From Eledone cirrhosa (Eukaryota), in NCBI GenBank assembly GCA_964016885.1, contig OZ024743.1:190154001-190218000 (forward strand): a stretch of 64,000 nucleotides of DNA, read 5' to 3'. The position numbers and the translations under genes are program-made. Shown one piece after another: positions 31,126 to 44,299 of this stretch (position 1 is its first letter; every line of letters begins with the position of its first letter). The notes under the pieces were generated by a model. That model worked only from the letters and a program-made list of their open reading frames with translations, searched no databases and was not told the DNA's origin.

Positions 31126-31554
31126 GTTGTTTTTTGTTTAAAATGAATATTGGGTACAAAACCCCAATAACTGGTTATTTAGCCCCGAAGGGCCAAATAA
31201 CGGACAGAAAGACCCCTCTCACGAGGAGGAGGGTGTCTTTATCAACAATTTGATTCAAGTTTTAAACAATTTACAATTGTTTTAACGGTTAAAAATTACT
31301 ATACCTTACAGAGCCGAGCCTCCGTCAACCATGGCATTCAATAATAATAATAATAATAATAATAGTCGAAAAGGAGGAAAATTACATAATGGCAAAATGA
31401 CTAAATAGCTAAATAGCTAAATGGCTAAGTGGACAGACGGAAAAATAATTTCACCACGAACACCACCACCACTACCACGCTAAAAACTCTACTCAAGTTA
31501 CCTCAACTTCTATTTCTACTTCAACTTCAACACCATCACTACAGTACTACGATC

Positions 31555-31715
31555 ACATCACCACCACCACTGCCTCATTATCGTTACCGCCGCTATTCTT
31601 TCCCACTACCTCCTGCTAAGTACTACTAGCACAGCACCACCACTAGCACCACCACCACCACCATTGCCTCATTATCACTACCGCCGCTATTCTCTCCCAC
31701 TACCTCCTGCTAAGA
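31555..31715. repeat. Short tandem duplication in CAC-rich low-complexity DNA
   Basis: CCACCA..TGCCTCATTATC..TACCGCCGCTATTCT.TCCCACTACCTCCTGCTAAG occurs twice. Confidence 0.8.
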
Positions 31716-32551
31716 CATGCATCATAGTGTCCCCACTAAAAGGCATCAAAAGATATAAATAGACTGATTTGATGACCTGGTCAAAAAATCAAAAAACCAA
31801 AAATCAAAATCAAAGCAGCACAGCAACAACGAAAAACGTAAAGAAAAGAAAAATGAATAGAAAAACAAACAGACAGACAGAGAAGGGAAGGGAAAAACTA
31901 AGTCAGACATTCAAACATTACATTACAATGAAACTTATGCTTATTCTTTTTTTTTACCTATTTGTTTGTTTATTTATGTTCGTCTTTTTCCTTTCGAAAT
32001 CACGAAACGCCCCCCTACCCTTTTTTTCCATTTTTCAATATACTACTGATTTTGATATCAGTAGATTACTAAAAAAATGATTAACGATATTCCAAAGATA
32101 CCATTGCAGGCAGTTGAAAGTATAAATACATTCCTTGAAAGGAAGTATATAGATTTCAAAAAAAGGAGCATAAATGTTCTTTTTTATGAATTAGGACCAG
32201 TTGAATTTGTTATATTTCCACCAGACGATAGCAGCTATTTGGAACATTTATACAAAAGCAATTCTGTCTATACAAAGAGTGCTCTTATCTGGAAGAAAGT
32301 GGCAATTGTATTATTTCAAAGCTTTCCAATTTTCCCTTTAATGAAACGGACAGAATAAATGTTGATATCTAACTAGATGTCCCCTCCGCTTTGTGACCAT
32401 GCAAGAGGGTTTTCATGACCTCGTAAGAGGGTATATTCATTAGTAAACGGTAAAATATATACAACAAATGAGTAAGTGAATTGTGGTAGATGGTTTCCAG
32501 TCCAGTCAGACTGCAACTACAAATAAAAAATCGACTTACTTTGACCTCGTA

Positions 32552-34304
32552 TCAATGGGACCGTTGAGCTTCATGGAATTTAGCTAACTCTTTGACGTCA
32601 GGCTGGATTTTCGTGAGCTGTAGCCGGAGATCTCCACGTGCAATCACATTGTAGCAGTTGCGAGCCTTACTATGCAGTCTGGAAACAACGCCAAACCCCC
32701 TCTCGACTAAGTATGAGCTAGGAAAAGGCAAAGCAAATCTCTTAGCCTCTGCATGTAGGAGTGGAAATCGACGCTGAATTTCCTCTTGCATCCAAAAAAG
32801 GGGTTCACCTATTTTGGTATTTCATTTTGATAATGCCATCTGTCTGAAGTTCAATTAATTCTTCCTGAAATTTAACGTCGAAATCGTCGACGTTGGCTAT
32901 GAAGGGATCTGCTATCCACATTGGGATGTCCATCTGCAAAAGGTCGACACACCGTTCTCTCATGTTGTCTTGTAGTGCACGGAGGTGCGCGGTATGTTTG
33001 AAACATTGGCGACACTAGGAAAATTATAGAATTCCCGTCGACAAAGATTCCTTTCGATGACTTTCAATTTGGCCAGGAATATTTTCACAGCATTCCTTGC
33101 TTTAAACAAGGTGATCTTCTCCCCCTGCAAAGCCATAATGAGACTATTGCATTTGTCAAAGATGTCGGCGAGTTAGGCACAGTCTTGCCTCACATCGAGG
33201 GTTTTTTTTATATAGTTCTGTGTTGCGTCCTCGAAGAAACTCAATGATAGAGTCGAACAGTTTAAATAAGCGAGTAAGGCACTTGCCCTTTGAAAGCCAC
33301 CTCACTTCAGTATGAAGGAACAACTCGACGACTTCTTCGTCATTATCTTCGCACAGTTGCCGGAAAATTCGTTCATTGAGGGCATAGCGTTTGATATAAT
33401 TGATGACATCAATGGCTACCTGTAAAGACTTGCTCAGCGGCTCGCTGAGTTTCTTCGCAGCCAAGTGTTGTCGATGAATGACACAATGAACAGCAAATAC
33501 AGATGGATTTTCCCTCTTCAGAAGAGAGACGAAACCCTTATGTTGTCCGACGATTGCTCTTGCGTCGTCCGTAGCACATGATACAATATTGTTAATAGGT
33601 ATCTCTTTTACTTCGAGGTATCCCTTGACAGATTCAAAGATCGTGGCACCTTTAATATCTGTGGCTAGATTCAGAGTGAAGAGAAGCTCCTCGTGCATTT
33701 CGTTTTGGTGGAAAAATCGCACGTATCCCAGTAGTAAGGACTGATTCCCGCAAAGTGTGCTTTCATCAAGTTGCAAAGCAAATTGTGTCGATTTCAAGAT
33801 GTTGCATAATTGTTGTTCAACATTTTCCGCCATTTCGTCGATGCGTCTCTTTATTGAGTCGTTACTCAACGGAATACATTTCAAGGTCTTTAACGGGTTC
33901 TGACGTAGTACTGTTGAAAGAAGTTCTGAGATGACAGGGGCTACCAATGTTTCACACAAGGAATGGGGCTTGCCACACTTTGCGATTATGTTGGCAATAT
34001 TGTAAGATGCGACAAGTCCTTCAACATTTGAAGCTTCCACTTTTGAAAAGGCAGAAGAAATTAGTGTTGTTTTCTGGAATTGGTCCCTAAGAGACTGAAA
34101 GTATGCTAAATCTTTATATCTCTTATCGGGGTATCTCACCTCCAGGTGTCTACTCAAACGCGATGGCTTCATCGCCTCATTCGAAAAGGACTCCTTGCAA
34201 ATTAAACACATGGGTGACAGGTGGTTCGACGGCGATGGGATGAATCCGAACCGTAAGTAATCAACGCTGTACTGCCTGCATTTTTTCTTCATTGCTGAGG
34301 CCAT
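32552..34304 (-). pseudogene. hAT transposase, Buster/Charlie/SPIN type with BED finger, frameshifted
   Basis: RQYSVDYLRFGF, CLICKESFSNEAMKPSRLSRH, PLSNDSIKRRI, FALQLDEST, HCVIHRQHL, HTEVRWLSKG, FPSSYLVERGF. Confidence 0.88.
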
Positions 34305-35042
34305 TTTCTGTTTAGCGAATGTGTTTGGTAAAGTTACGCAAAGATTTGCCTATATAGGCCTATAAAATTATGTATAAGGAACTTACTATAATGAGTCCTG
34401 TTCCAGTATGATAAAGTTTCAAGTAATGTTCTGGAATAACACTTTGTAATAAACAAAACTGCAATGAAAAAGACAAATATTGTCATTAATTAACCAAGTC
34501 GAGACAAGTTATATATGAAGATTAACCAGTCTTTCATGTAGGAATAGTAATAACTTAACTTGAGGGAATTAAGGTGGCAGACTCAATAAAGGATCAACGA
34601 GGCAACGAGTTCAAGAGAACTCAATGCAAGAATGACTAGTAATGTGCTATTTTGAAATGGAATTCATTAATTAAGCACGTAGTGATAAGACGCGATAATA
34701 CTAAGTTAAGACATTACTTATTAGTCAGAGTTACTCAAACTATCGCCCTTAACTTAATGCATCACTGTGATATTCTTGTAATGGTGCTGCAATTATAATG
34801 GAAGACTGTTGAAGACTACAAAAGCATTTCCTTAAACCCAAGGCTATAACAAGACTTGATCGTAGTATAAACAGTCAGTTTATATAGGAATAGCAACAAC
34901 CTAGTTATAGAATAAATGATGTGGAAATGCAATCAAGATAAGATGGGGTCAAGCAAACCGAATGTTAGTAAGAATGAGCTGAAGTATCGAGGTCAAGCCG
35001 ATCACGGTGATGAACGGGTCAGTGAATAATGTTGCTCTTTTC

Positions 35043-36324
35043 CAGGGGCCTCGTTTGCCTTAAAAATGTGAGGGGGACAAAGCAACATTTGTTGGAGCAT
35101 TTTAGTATTACTTATGGTGTCTTTCCTGAGCCCTATCACATAAGTAAAAATTTCTTTACGCTAATTAAATTTTATATATTCAAATGAAGTTCAGATATAA
35201 ATAAAAAATAAGCTTAAAAAGTATTTATTATATCAAATAAACGAAAAATAAAACAGACGTTTGAATAAAAATCATATAAAGTAAATTTATTGTCTTTTAG
35301 AACTTTCCAAATGTATCATATCTCGCATCATTGCTGTCAATAAATAATTTAGCAACTTCTTCACAACTAATATTTTTCAAAACATCTTTATGAACGTCTC
35401 ATATTAGAATATGATTCAACCTTTGTTAAGTCATGGTCGATCGCAACCAAGTTTTGAGTCTCTGCAGAGCGCTAAAAGATCTTTCAGCTTCACAAGAACT
35501 GGTTGGAAACATTAAAAGTAGCCTGAACAAACGCACATCATTTAGAAACATGCGACGGACTTCTGGTTGCATTTCACCGAATATTTTACGATGATCCTCG
35601 AGAGATGATCCACTATGATGATTTCTATAAAAAAGTATTTCGTTCCTTAAATAAAATTCATCAAGCTCTGGATACTGTATGATCACTTTAGCACAAACAT
35701 TTCCATTCCTGGTATCTTTTAGGAACTTTTCATTGCCTGGGTAGCTTCAAAGGAGAAATATCGAGTTGATAAATCATTTTTTCTGCTGTATTGAACAGCT
35801 CCTGAAATTTTTCTTCACTGCGTAGATTTGTTTAGCTCCTCCTGCACCAGTTTGACACTATGCAACATGCTACCTAGATTGAAGGTGGTACTTTGAAAAT
35901 ATTTGTTCAATCCTTCAAGGAATTGAAGTAATGGAACTACAACGTGCAATCCAAGGACACATTGGCCCGGAGAGTGACACGTAAGAATAACATTAGCTCT
36001 GGATGCAATGTTGGTGCCAAACTCATTTGTTGCCTCTTGTAAAGAAATAGGGACATCTGAATAATTGTCAAGAAGGGCTTTGACTGCAGAAAGTCGTGTT
36101 AGCCATCGAGTAGGGCACACAGGTGTTAAGGAGCGTGGTGACGATACTTCATTTTCTTTATCATGTTGTGATAAATACGCTTGCTTAAATTTTCCTGATG
36201 TACTATATAGTTTCCGCAATTCATTCACGCAACCTAGAACATTTTTGATAAGTGAAGCTTGTTGTACAGACTTAGTTATAATAAGTTGAGAAATATGAAT
36301 GCCGTAGTGCACGTAATGGGCCAA
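35043..36324 (-). pseudogene. Second decayed hAT transposon (3' half), ZMYM1-like transposase
   Basis: CPTRWLTR and dimerisation motif PTSSCEAERSFSALQRLKTWLRSTM; possible terminus CAGGGGC at 35043. Confidence 0.75.
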
Positions 36325-36724
36325 ATCAAGTTATGTTAGAATGATCTTTAAAAAATACCCGTACGAATTAAATACAAAAAAAGTTTCAATCCAAAACAAA
36401 AGCAAACTATTTCAAATTATATATTTTTGAAAGATAGACGTGAATGTTCTCAAAGACTTGATTTCAGTCGAAAAAGCTTTTTTTTTTTAAATTCTATATT
36501 TCACTGTTAGCGGTTGTAATATTTTGATTGGATAAACAATTCTACAATTCAAACTGTAAAGTCAAAATACAAAAGATATAAAATATGAAGAATTTCTTAC
36601 CTTTCTCTGAAATCACAAACTCAGGGGAAAATAGTACCTTGCAAAATAAAATACCTCGTAGGAAAATAAAATACTTAGCAACGAATGATGCTTGGGGACA
36701 GTGAGAAAGTAGTATTTGTATCCC

Positions 36725-36813
36725 TTATATATATATATATACATAGATAGATAGACAGACACACACAAGCACACATAGACACGCACGCACGCACGCACAC
36801 ACACACGCACACG

Positions 36814-36896
<83 letters not shown>

Positions 36897-36985
36897 GTTT
36901 GTGTGTATGTATGTGTGTGTGCGTGTGTGCGTGTCTATGTGTGTTTGTGTGTGTCTGTTGTGTATCTATCTATGTATATATATAT
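36725..36985. repeat. (CA)n/(TG)n microsatellite with local inverted symmetry
   Basis: 36726-36800 is mirrored by 36900-36984. Confidence 0.8.
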
Positions 36986-37214
36986 TGGTTTGCGTACAGA
37001 AAGAATTTTGTCTACAGTTTTTTATTGCCAGGTCAAAGGCCACTGCTCTTTTCAACAACACCAAATAACAACGCTCCACACACGCACACACACCCACCCA
37101 CACACCCACACATATATATATATATAAATGAAGAGAGAAAGAGGGAGGGACAGAGAGAGTAAGAAATGTGTGTGTGTTTGGTACACATCTATCTATCTAT
37201 CTATCTATCTCCAA

Positions 37215-37390
37215 CAGGGGGGCTCACACATGTGGCCCGCGAACTACTTATCTGTGGCCCGTGGTAGAACCAATATTTCATATCGCATTATAACTGGTGA
37301 ACATTTTCACCCACCACCACGTTTGGCCCCCTGTACCTCTCCTCCAGGACGTAATAGCCCCTTTGTGTCCTTGAGTTTGAGAGCCCCCTT
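37215..37390. mobile_element. Short non-autonomous hAT-like element (MITE)
   Basis: Imperfect TIRs CAGGGGGGCTCACACA and AGTTTGAGAGCCCCCT; subterminal GTGGCCCG repeats; no clear TSD. Confidence 0.5.
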
Positions 37391-37544
37391 CTACACACAC
37401 ACATACGGACATATTTTACTTTTCTTTCTGTCTCTGGATTACGCCATGCTGGAGCATCACCTTGGTATGTTATGGGGACGTCAACAAACCAACAAGCATT
37501 GGTGGGAGGGCAAACGCAAACGCAAAAACACACACAGACATATA

Positions 37545-37671
37545 TACATATATACGACGGGCTTTTTTTAGTTTCGATCTATCAAATCCACTCACAGGGC
37601 TTTGGTCGGCCCGGGCAGTGGGACTGAACCCGGAAATATGTGGTTGGGAAACAAGCTTCTTGTCACACTGC
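37545..37671 (-). mobile_element. tRNA-derived SINE, octopus OK/OR-like, internally deleted
   Basis: Minus strand AAGAAGCTTGTTTCCCAACCACAT..CCGGGTTCAGTCCCACTG..GGGCCGACCAAAGCC.TGTGAGTGGATTTG..GCCCGTCGTATA; family name from recall. Confidence 0.65.
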
Positions 37672-37672
37672 A

Positions 37673-37703
<31 letters not shown>

Positions 37704-37841
37704 TATCTATATATATATGTATGTATGTATATTTATATATATATGTATGTATATTTATATATATATATGTATGTATATTTATATATATGTATGTATCTAC
37801 ATATATATATATATGTAGATTTATATATATATATGTATGTA

Positions 37842-37932
<91 letters not shown>

Positions 37933-37957
37933 TATATAATATATATATATATAATAT

Positions 37958-38021
<64 letters not shown>

Positions 38022-38071
38022 ATATTATATATATATATATATTATATATATATATTATATATATATAATAT

Positions 38072-38129
<58 letters not shown>
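37672..38129. repeat. (TA)n-rich microsatellite field
   Basis: Directly visible. Confidence 0.95.
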
Positions 38130-38132
<3 letters not shown>

Positions 38133-38240
38133 ATAATAATACATTTGAAGACTAAAATCCAAAGAGGGCTCGATAAGGATAAATATATATCAAATATATA
38201 AGAACCGTAGAGCAAATATTTATTAAAATAACAGATTAAG

Positions 38241-38290
38241 GTTTAAGCAAAGAATCGCTGCTTTCACCCTTAACGGGATCTTCTGAAACT
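38241..38290 (-). ncRNA. Antisense-arm copy of the CAGAAGA hammerhead-like motif
   Basis: Reverse complement of 38939-38989. Confidence 0.55.
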
Positions 38291-38938
38291 AGCAAAGTCA
38301 ATCTGTAAACGCAAAACTGGATATTTCAAAAAACGTTGCAACCGGAGGAAGACAGGAAGACGATACTTTGGTTCGTGGAAACGTTCGATGGCTAAGAACG
38401 GGAAAAAACGAATATAATACGTCATTAATAGGAGCGGTGAAAAACAATTACGCGCAAAGACAGAACCACGTTTATGGTATAATAGAGGTCGTAGACTAAT
38501 GTTCTCTTAGGTGGTGCATAGAGACGTTCTCTGGCGTTGAACGAAAAAAACGAAGATAATACGTCATATGTGGAGCGTGGAGAACAATAGCACGCAAAGA
38601 CAAAACCACGTAAATGGTATAGCAGAAGTCGTAGACTAAAATCTAACTAGGAGACCGAATGAATCTCCGCTACGGAGTTAAGAACAAAGTAAATAAATAC
38701 AATACAGAAGTAATAGAAATAAATAAATACATACACGCAAACAGAAACGTACATACACAAGCATACGCAAAAACTTACCATAGGTAAACAAAACCACGCA
38801 CCTATTAATGACGTATTATATTCGTTCTTTCCCGTTCTTAGCCAGCGAACGTTACCACGAACCAAAGTATCGTCTTCCTGTCTTCGGTTGCAACGTTTTT
38901 TGAAATATCCAGTTTTGCGTTTACAGATTGACTTTGCT

Positions 38939-38989
38939 AGTTTCAGAAGATCCCGTTAAGGGTGAAAGCAGCGATTCTTTGCTTAAACT
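38939..38989 (+). ncRNA. Hammerhead-like motif with CAGAAGA core variant
   Basis: AGTTT-CAGAAGA-tCCCgttaaGGGt-GAAAGCA gcgattctt TGCTT-AAACT: all three stems pair. Confidence 0.6.
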
Positions 38990-39032
38990 TTAATCTGTTA
39001 TTTTAATAAATATATATATATATGTATATATA

Positions 39033-39185
<153 letters not shown>

Positions 39186-39229
39186 CTATATATATATATA
39201 ACCTTATACACTTAAATATAAATGCATGT

Positions 39230-39558
39230 ATATATACAAATGTATAAATGCATAGCTATATACATACGTAAATGTATGTATGTATGTATATATGTATGTA
39301 GATTTATATGTATGTATGTATATTTATATATATATGTATGTATGGATATTTATATATATATGTAAGTATGGATATTTATATATATATGTATGTATATTTA
39401 TATATATATGTATGTATGTATATTTATATATATATGTATGTATGTATATTTATATATATATGTATGTATGTATATTTATATATATATGTATGTATGTATA
39501 TTTATATATATATGTATGTATGTATATTTATATATATATGTATGTATGTATATTTATA
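39230..39558. repeat. ~26-bp minisatellite built from TATG/TA units
   Basis: TGTATGTATGTATATTTATATATATA repeated. Confidence 0.9.
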
Positions 39559-39759
39559 CATTAAAATATATGATAAACACGAAACGTATTTACATTGCAA
39601 CAGACAAAGTTAGCTATTAATGAAATAAACTAATTAATGTCTTTATTGACTTATATCGAGACAGACAATTTGTATTCACTTTAATTAGTTTATTTCATTA
39701 ATAGCTAACTTTGTCTGTTGCAATGTAAACACGTTTCGTGTTTATCATATATTTTAATG
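39559..39759. mobile_element. 200-bp fold-back element, no hammerhead found
   Basis: 79-bp near-perfect inverted repeats at 39559-39637 and 39681-39759 in TA-rich flanks. Confidence 0.65.
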
Positions 39760-39917
39760 CATCTAACTGCTCGGAAAAGCCCCTTTTCCTGGAGCTTAAT
39801 TATTGTAAACGACTGAGAGTTTATTCTCAAAATATAATATAGTATTGTATATTTATATATATGTATGTATCTATATATATATATATATGTAGATTTATAT
39901 ATATATATATATATATG

Positions 39918-39978
<61 letters not shown>

Positions 39979-39997
39979 TATATAATATATATCATAT

Positions 39998-40110
<113 letters not shown>

Positions 40111-40346
40111 CGTTTCTGAATTTGTTTAGCAAGATTCTTTATCTGAAATCATGTGTTGAAACCGATATTTTTATACTTTGGGACGGTCATGTTGCCAATA
40201 AGAAACACACGCACCAGTTGCTTTCACTTCAATTTATTATAATAAATTTATAATAAATTTATAAATTTATAAATTTCTGGTTGGTTGGTTGGTTCCACAA
40301 CCAGATAGTTGTTTCTATATTGTCATAGTTCTTTCGTCACACACTC

Positions 40347-42615
40347 AGATGCACAATTTAGTATAGCTAGATCGGAACTTAGAAATATTATAGAACAGTA
40401 TAGCAAGAAGCATAATAGAATGGAAGCCCAGCAACTGGGAGAAAAATCTGCAAATGGCTTGCGTAAGCTCATGCAGCGCTCGCGTAATGGAGAGATAGCA
40501 TGCTTTCCAACAGACAAGTCTGGCAGAATGTCGGTTGACAGCCTGCCAAACTACATCCAGGCAATGCAACCCCACATCACTAACACAAGGGAGGTAACAC
40601 CACAGGAGCATGAGGATAGAGAAAAAGCCCTCAATGCCCATATGGTGATGTGGACGAATATAATGGAGCCCAACAAAAGGACTGCCAACAACTTCCAGGC
40701 CTGGAACAATGACGTGCCGGCGTTGTTTGGGCTTCGAAAAGACTATAAAACGGGCAGTGACACTGTCGCGGGACCACCAACACGGCCAGTCTGTGGAGCT
40801 AACATTGCTAGTAACTACAGACTGTGCTACTTCCTCTCCCTGATCATACGCCCCATCATTGAAATGTCCCCAGATGTATGTGACAGCACGGAGGACCCCC
40901 TCAGTAGAATCGGCGAGAGTAACCGATCTAGGGACTAGCAAACTGCATAATAGGCAGTATGGATGTTGTGTCCCTGTATCCATCTATTGACGTTGATTTT
41001 GCTGTGGAGAAATGCGTAGAAATGATCAGTGAAAGCAATGTTGAGTTCCGTGGGATTGATACCAGTGAGCTGGGACTCCTACTTAAACTTACTTATAGTA
41101 ATAATTACCTAGACACATATGACCTTAGCAACCTGTGCCCTACAAGACCAGCAAGAGGCAGACCACCTACCATTACCTCAATGGCCAAGAAAACCCACAC
41201 AGATAGATGGAACGGGTGGAACAGAGCCATACGGACACCCGAAAACCACGATGAACTGAAGAAAATGATTGCACATGCGGTAGGGGCCAGCATAAAACTA
41301 ACCCTTAAGGAATATATGTTCAAATTTAATGGAAAAACATATGCCCAAGAGGAAGGAGCAGCCATTGGTGTTAGCATTGCAGGCGATATAGCTAACCTAT
41401 TCATGGTATGGTGGGACAGTAGACTTAAACTTAAACTTAAAGAACAATTAGAAGACCCCTTAACCCTGATAATGTACTCCCGCTACGTTGATGATATAAA
41501 CATCGTAGTTAAGACACCCCCCACTAGAGAACAGTCAGGAACTAGAGAAAAACACAATGGAAAGCATCCAGCAAATAGCTAACTCCATCCACCAGAGCAT
41601 TAGAGTTACTATAGACTACCCAAGTAAACACACCAACCATCGATTACCTGTACTAGACACAGAGCTCTGGTTAGATACCATTAATAACAAAAAACAAATC
41701 ATCCATTCCCATCATGCCAAACCCAAGACTTCGAAACATCTGATCCACCGAAACTCGGCCGTATCGGACCATACCAAAATCAACATACTGATTGCGCATT
41801 TGGTACGAGTGACGAGAAATGTGTCCCGCATGTGCAACCCCGAAGAACTAGAGAGACACATACAACACTTCATCCACCGTATGCAGTTCTCTGGCTACAA
41901 TCAGAGAGATAAAATCAGAGTGTATAGAGGAGCCAGAACCAAATGGGAAAAAATGGTAAATAATGACATAAATGGGACCTGCCCCTTGTATAGGAGCAAA
42001 TTTTGGGATAGAATAGAAAGAACTAGGAACAAGGCTAATAGAATAAACTCATGGTATGATATCAATAAATACCAGAGTGTAATGTTCATCGATACAACCC
42101 CTAGAGGTGAATTAGCTTACACATTTAGAAGGGCCCTAGATAAACATAAACTCAATATTAAGATAGTAGAAAGACCAGGTACCTCCGTAAAAACACTTAT
42201 TAGCAAGACATACCCTTTTCAAAGACCCTCATGTATAGATAAGAAATGTATAACCTGTAAAATAAGCCCCCATATTAACTGTAAAACTAGAAATGTAGTG
42301 TATAGCATAAGATGTACTGAAGGACAATGTAGAGACAAAAATATAGTGTACATAGGTGAGACAGCTCGTAGTGTAGGGGAACGGATAAATGAACACTGGC
42401 GAGACCTTCAAGATAGTAAAGAATCATCTGTACTCTACCAACATGCTAACATAGAACACAAGGGTAAATTAGAGAACATAGAAATAAAAATAGAATCTAC
42501 ACACAGAAAAGACGCAATGTTTAGACAAATCACAGAGGCAATAAACATAAAAGAATTACAACTAAAATTAAATAGAAAATATGAGTGGAACAGCAACATC
42601 ACAACTTACAATTAA
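40347..42615 (+). pseudogene. PLE reverse transcriptase + GIY-YIG endonuclease, two frameshifts
   Basis: PTDKSG, PTRPVCG, MDVVSLYPSI, GAAIGVSIAGDIANLFM, YSRYVDDI, LPVLD, CITC..NCKTRNVVYSIRC, YIGETARSVGERINEH. Confidence 0.88.
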
Positions 42616-42816
42616 GGACAAAACGAATACACACACACACATAGAACAAACAACCAACCAGTAACATGTAAATATACAAATAAATAAATGAACATAAACA
42701 CATACAGACACCCGGATGTGGCGCATGCGCAGACTGAGCACACAACACACAGACAGAAACAAAATGGCGTAGGACAGAACAAAGGAGAGGCACAAAAACA
42801 AAGAAAGGAATCCCCA

Positions 42817-42859
42817 GTCACTGAATAGGTCACAGAGTGTGTGACGAAAGAACTATGAC
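42817..42859 (+). ncRNA. Degenerate minimal hammerhead in PLE 3' end
   Basis: GTCA-CTGAATA-gGTCACAgagtgTGTGAC-GAAAGaaCTA-TGAC; core G8 is replaced by T. Confidence 0.6.
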
Positions 42860-43027
42860 AATATATAAACAACTATCTGGTTGTGGAACCAACAAACCAG
42901 AAATTTATAAATTTATAAATTTATTATAAATTTATTATAATAAATTGAAGTGAAAGCTCTGGTGCGTGTGTTTCTTATTGGCAACATGACCCTCCCAAAG
43001 TATAACAATATATATATATATATATAT

Positions 43028-43086
<59 letters not shown>

Positions 43087-43098
43087 ATATATATATAT

Positions 43099-43223
<125 letters not shown>

Positions 43224-43686
43224 GGTGGCTGCCAACTCGTTTTCGAGTACGGCCCCTACTTTATATCCATGTAGTAGAACCCCCACCGATGCGCTGAACG
43301 AGTGTGACTTTTTAGTCCAGTCAGCGACTTAAAAACTCTGGTACAAACACTACACTTGTGACAAATATTGACATATATTGCTGGGCCATTGGTACTATGT
43401 GACGACAAGTGCAGAGAGATCTCCAGATATAAAGCAATGCCTGTGCCGTGAAGCTTTTATCGTGAGGAAAGGCACTGCACAAAGCCAGTCCCACTCTCTT
43501 AACCAAGATGATATTTACCAAAAAGAAGAACAAATCAACATCATTGGATATCATCAGGGTTGCAGGTGTTATATCAGAGTTTTCCTTCTCCTAGAATTCT
43601 GCCTTGACAAAGGCTAAGGGGTCATCTCTCCCGGTGATTTTGGATGGTTATTGACTCTCTAAGAGCTCCATTGCCCTTTATATACA

Positions 43687-43720
<34 letters not shown>

Positions 43721-44299
43721 CATACATACATGCATAGATTTATATTTAAGTGTGTAAGGATGTTCATATGATCTATGTCTTCTTTTTTTGGTAAGGAGAA
43801 AATTTTGTCGCCAGATTTTATTACCTAGGGAGATAAATACCACACTTCTGGCTGAGAGCTGACCAGGTTCTCAACCTCATCAAACACTAATGCAGTCCTG
43901 TGTGTGTATATATGTGTGTGTGTGTATGTATGTGTATATATGTGTGTATGTGTATGTTCAACACCATTGCTTCTTCTTGTCATTTCTGTTGAAGGAGTCC
44001 TTACTTTCATTCTCTTTGATTTCTTTTGATTTTCTTTTATCTCCCTAGGGAATTCGTTGACAAGCCTCTTTTATTTATTTTCTTCGTTTTCTTGATTCAA
44101 ATCACTGACCGAGAGACGTACAAATATGACTTATCAAACTTACCAAACTAAAGGGGGTTCTAGCGCCCTCAAAGTTTCAAATGTCCCCTTACTGCATAAC
44201 AACGCCCCCTAACGCCACCTCACAGCATAACGCCCCCCTGGAGCAACAAAACGCCCTCCGTTGAGAACCTCTAGTCTACAGCATGATAGTGCCACACAA

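Larger units (their letters stand above)
25346..31339 (-). mobile_element. Full-length Tx1/L1-clade LINE copy C, with a different ORF1 and 5' UTR from A/B
   Basis: (ATT)n at both ends; ORF1 at 31125-29048; ORF2 at 29012-25593. Confidence 0.9.
38215..39013 (+). mobile_element. 800-bp non-coding fold-back element with a hammerhead-like motif in both arms
   Basis: About 220-bp inverted repeats at 38215-38436 and 38797-39013; internal ~140-bp direct duplication at 38400-38640; (TA)n flanks. Confidence 0.8.

Noticed and set aside
32077-32358. 93-aa ORF
   Set aside because: No recognisable motif or exon context.
43400-43640. Possible RTE-type LINE 5' UTR on the - strand (CTAGGAGAAGGAAACTC)
   Set aside because: Single short recalled motif, no linked ORF.
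44150-44275. hAT-like terminus GTTGAGAACCTCTA with AACGCCCC subterminal repeats
   Set aside because: No convincing partner TIR or TSD; only a remnant.
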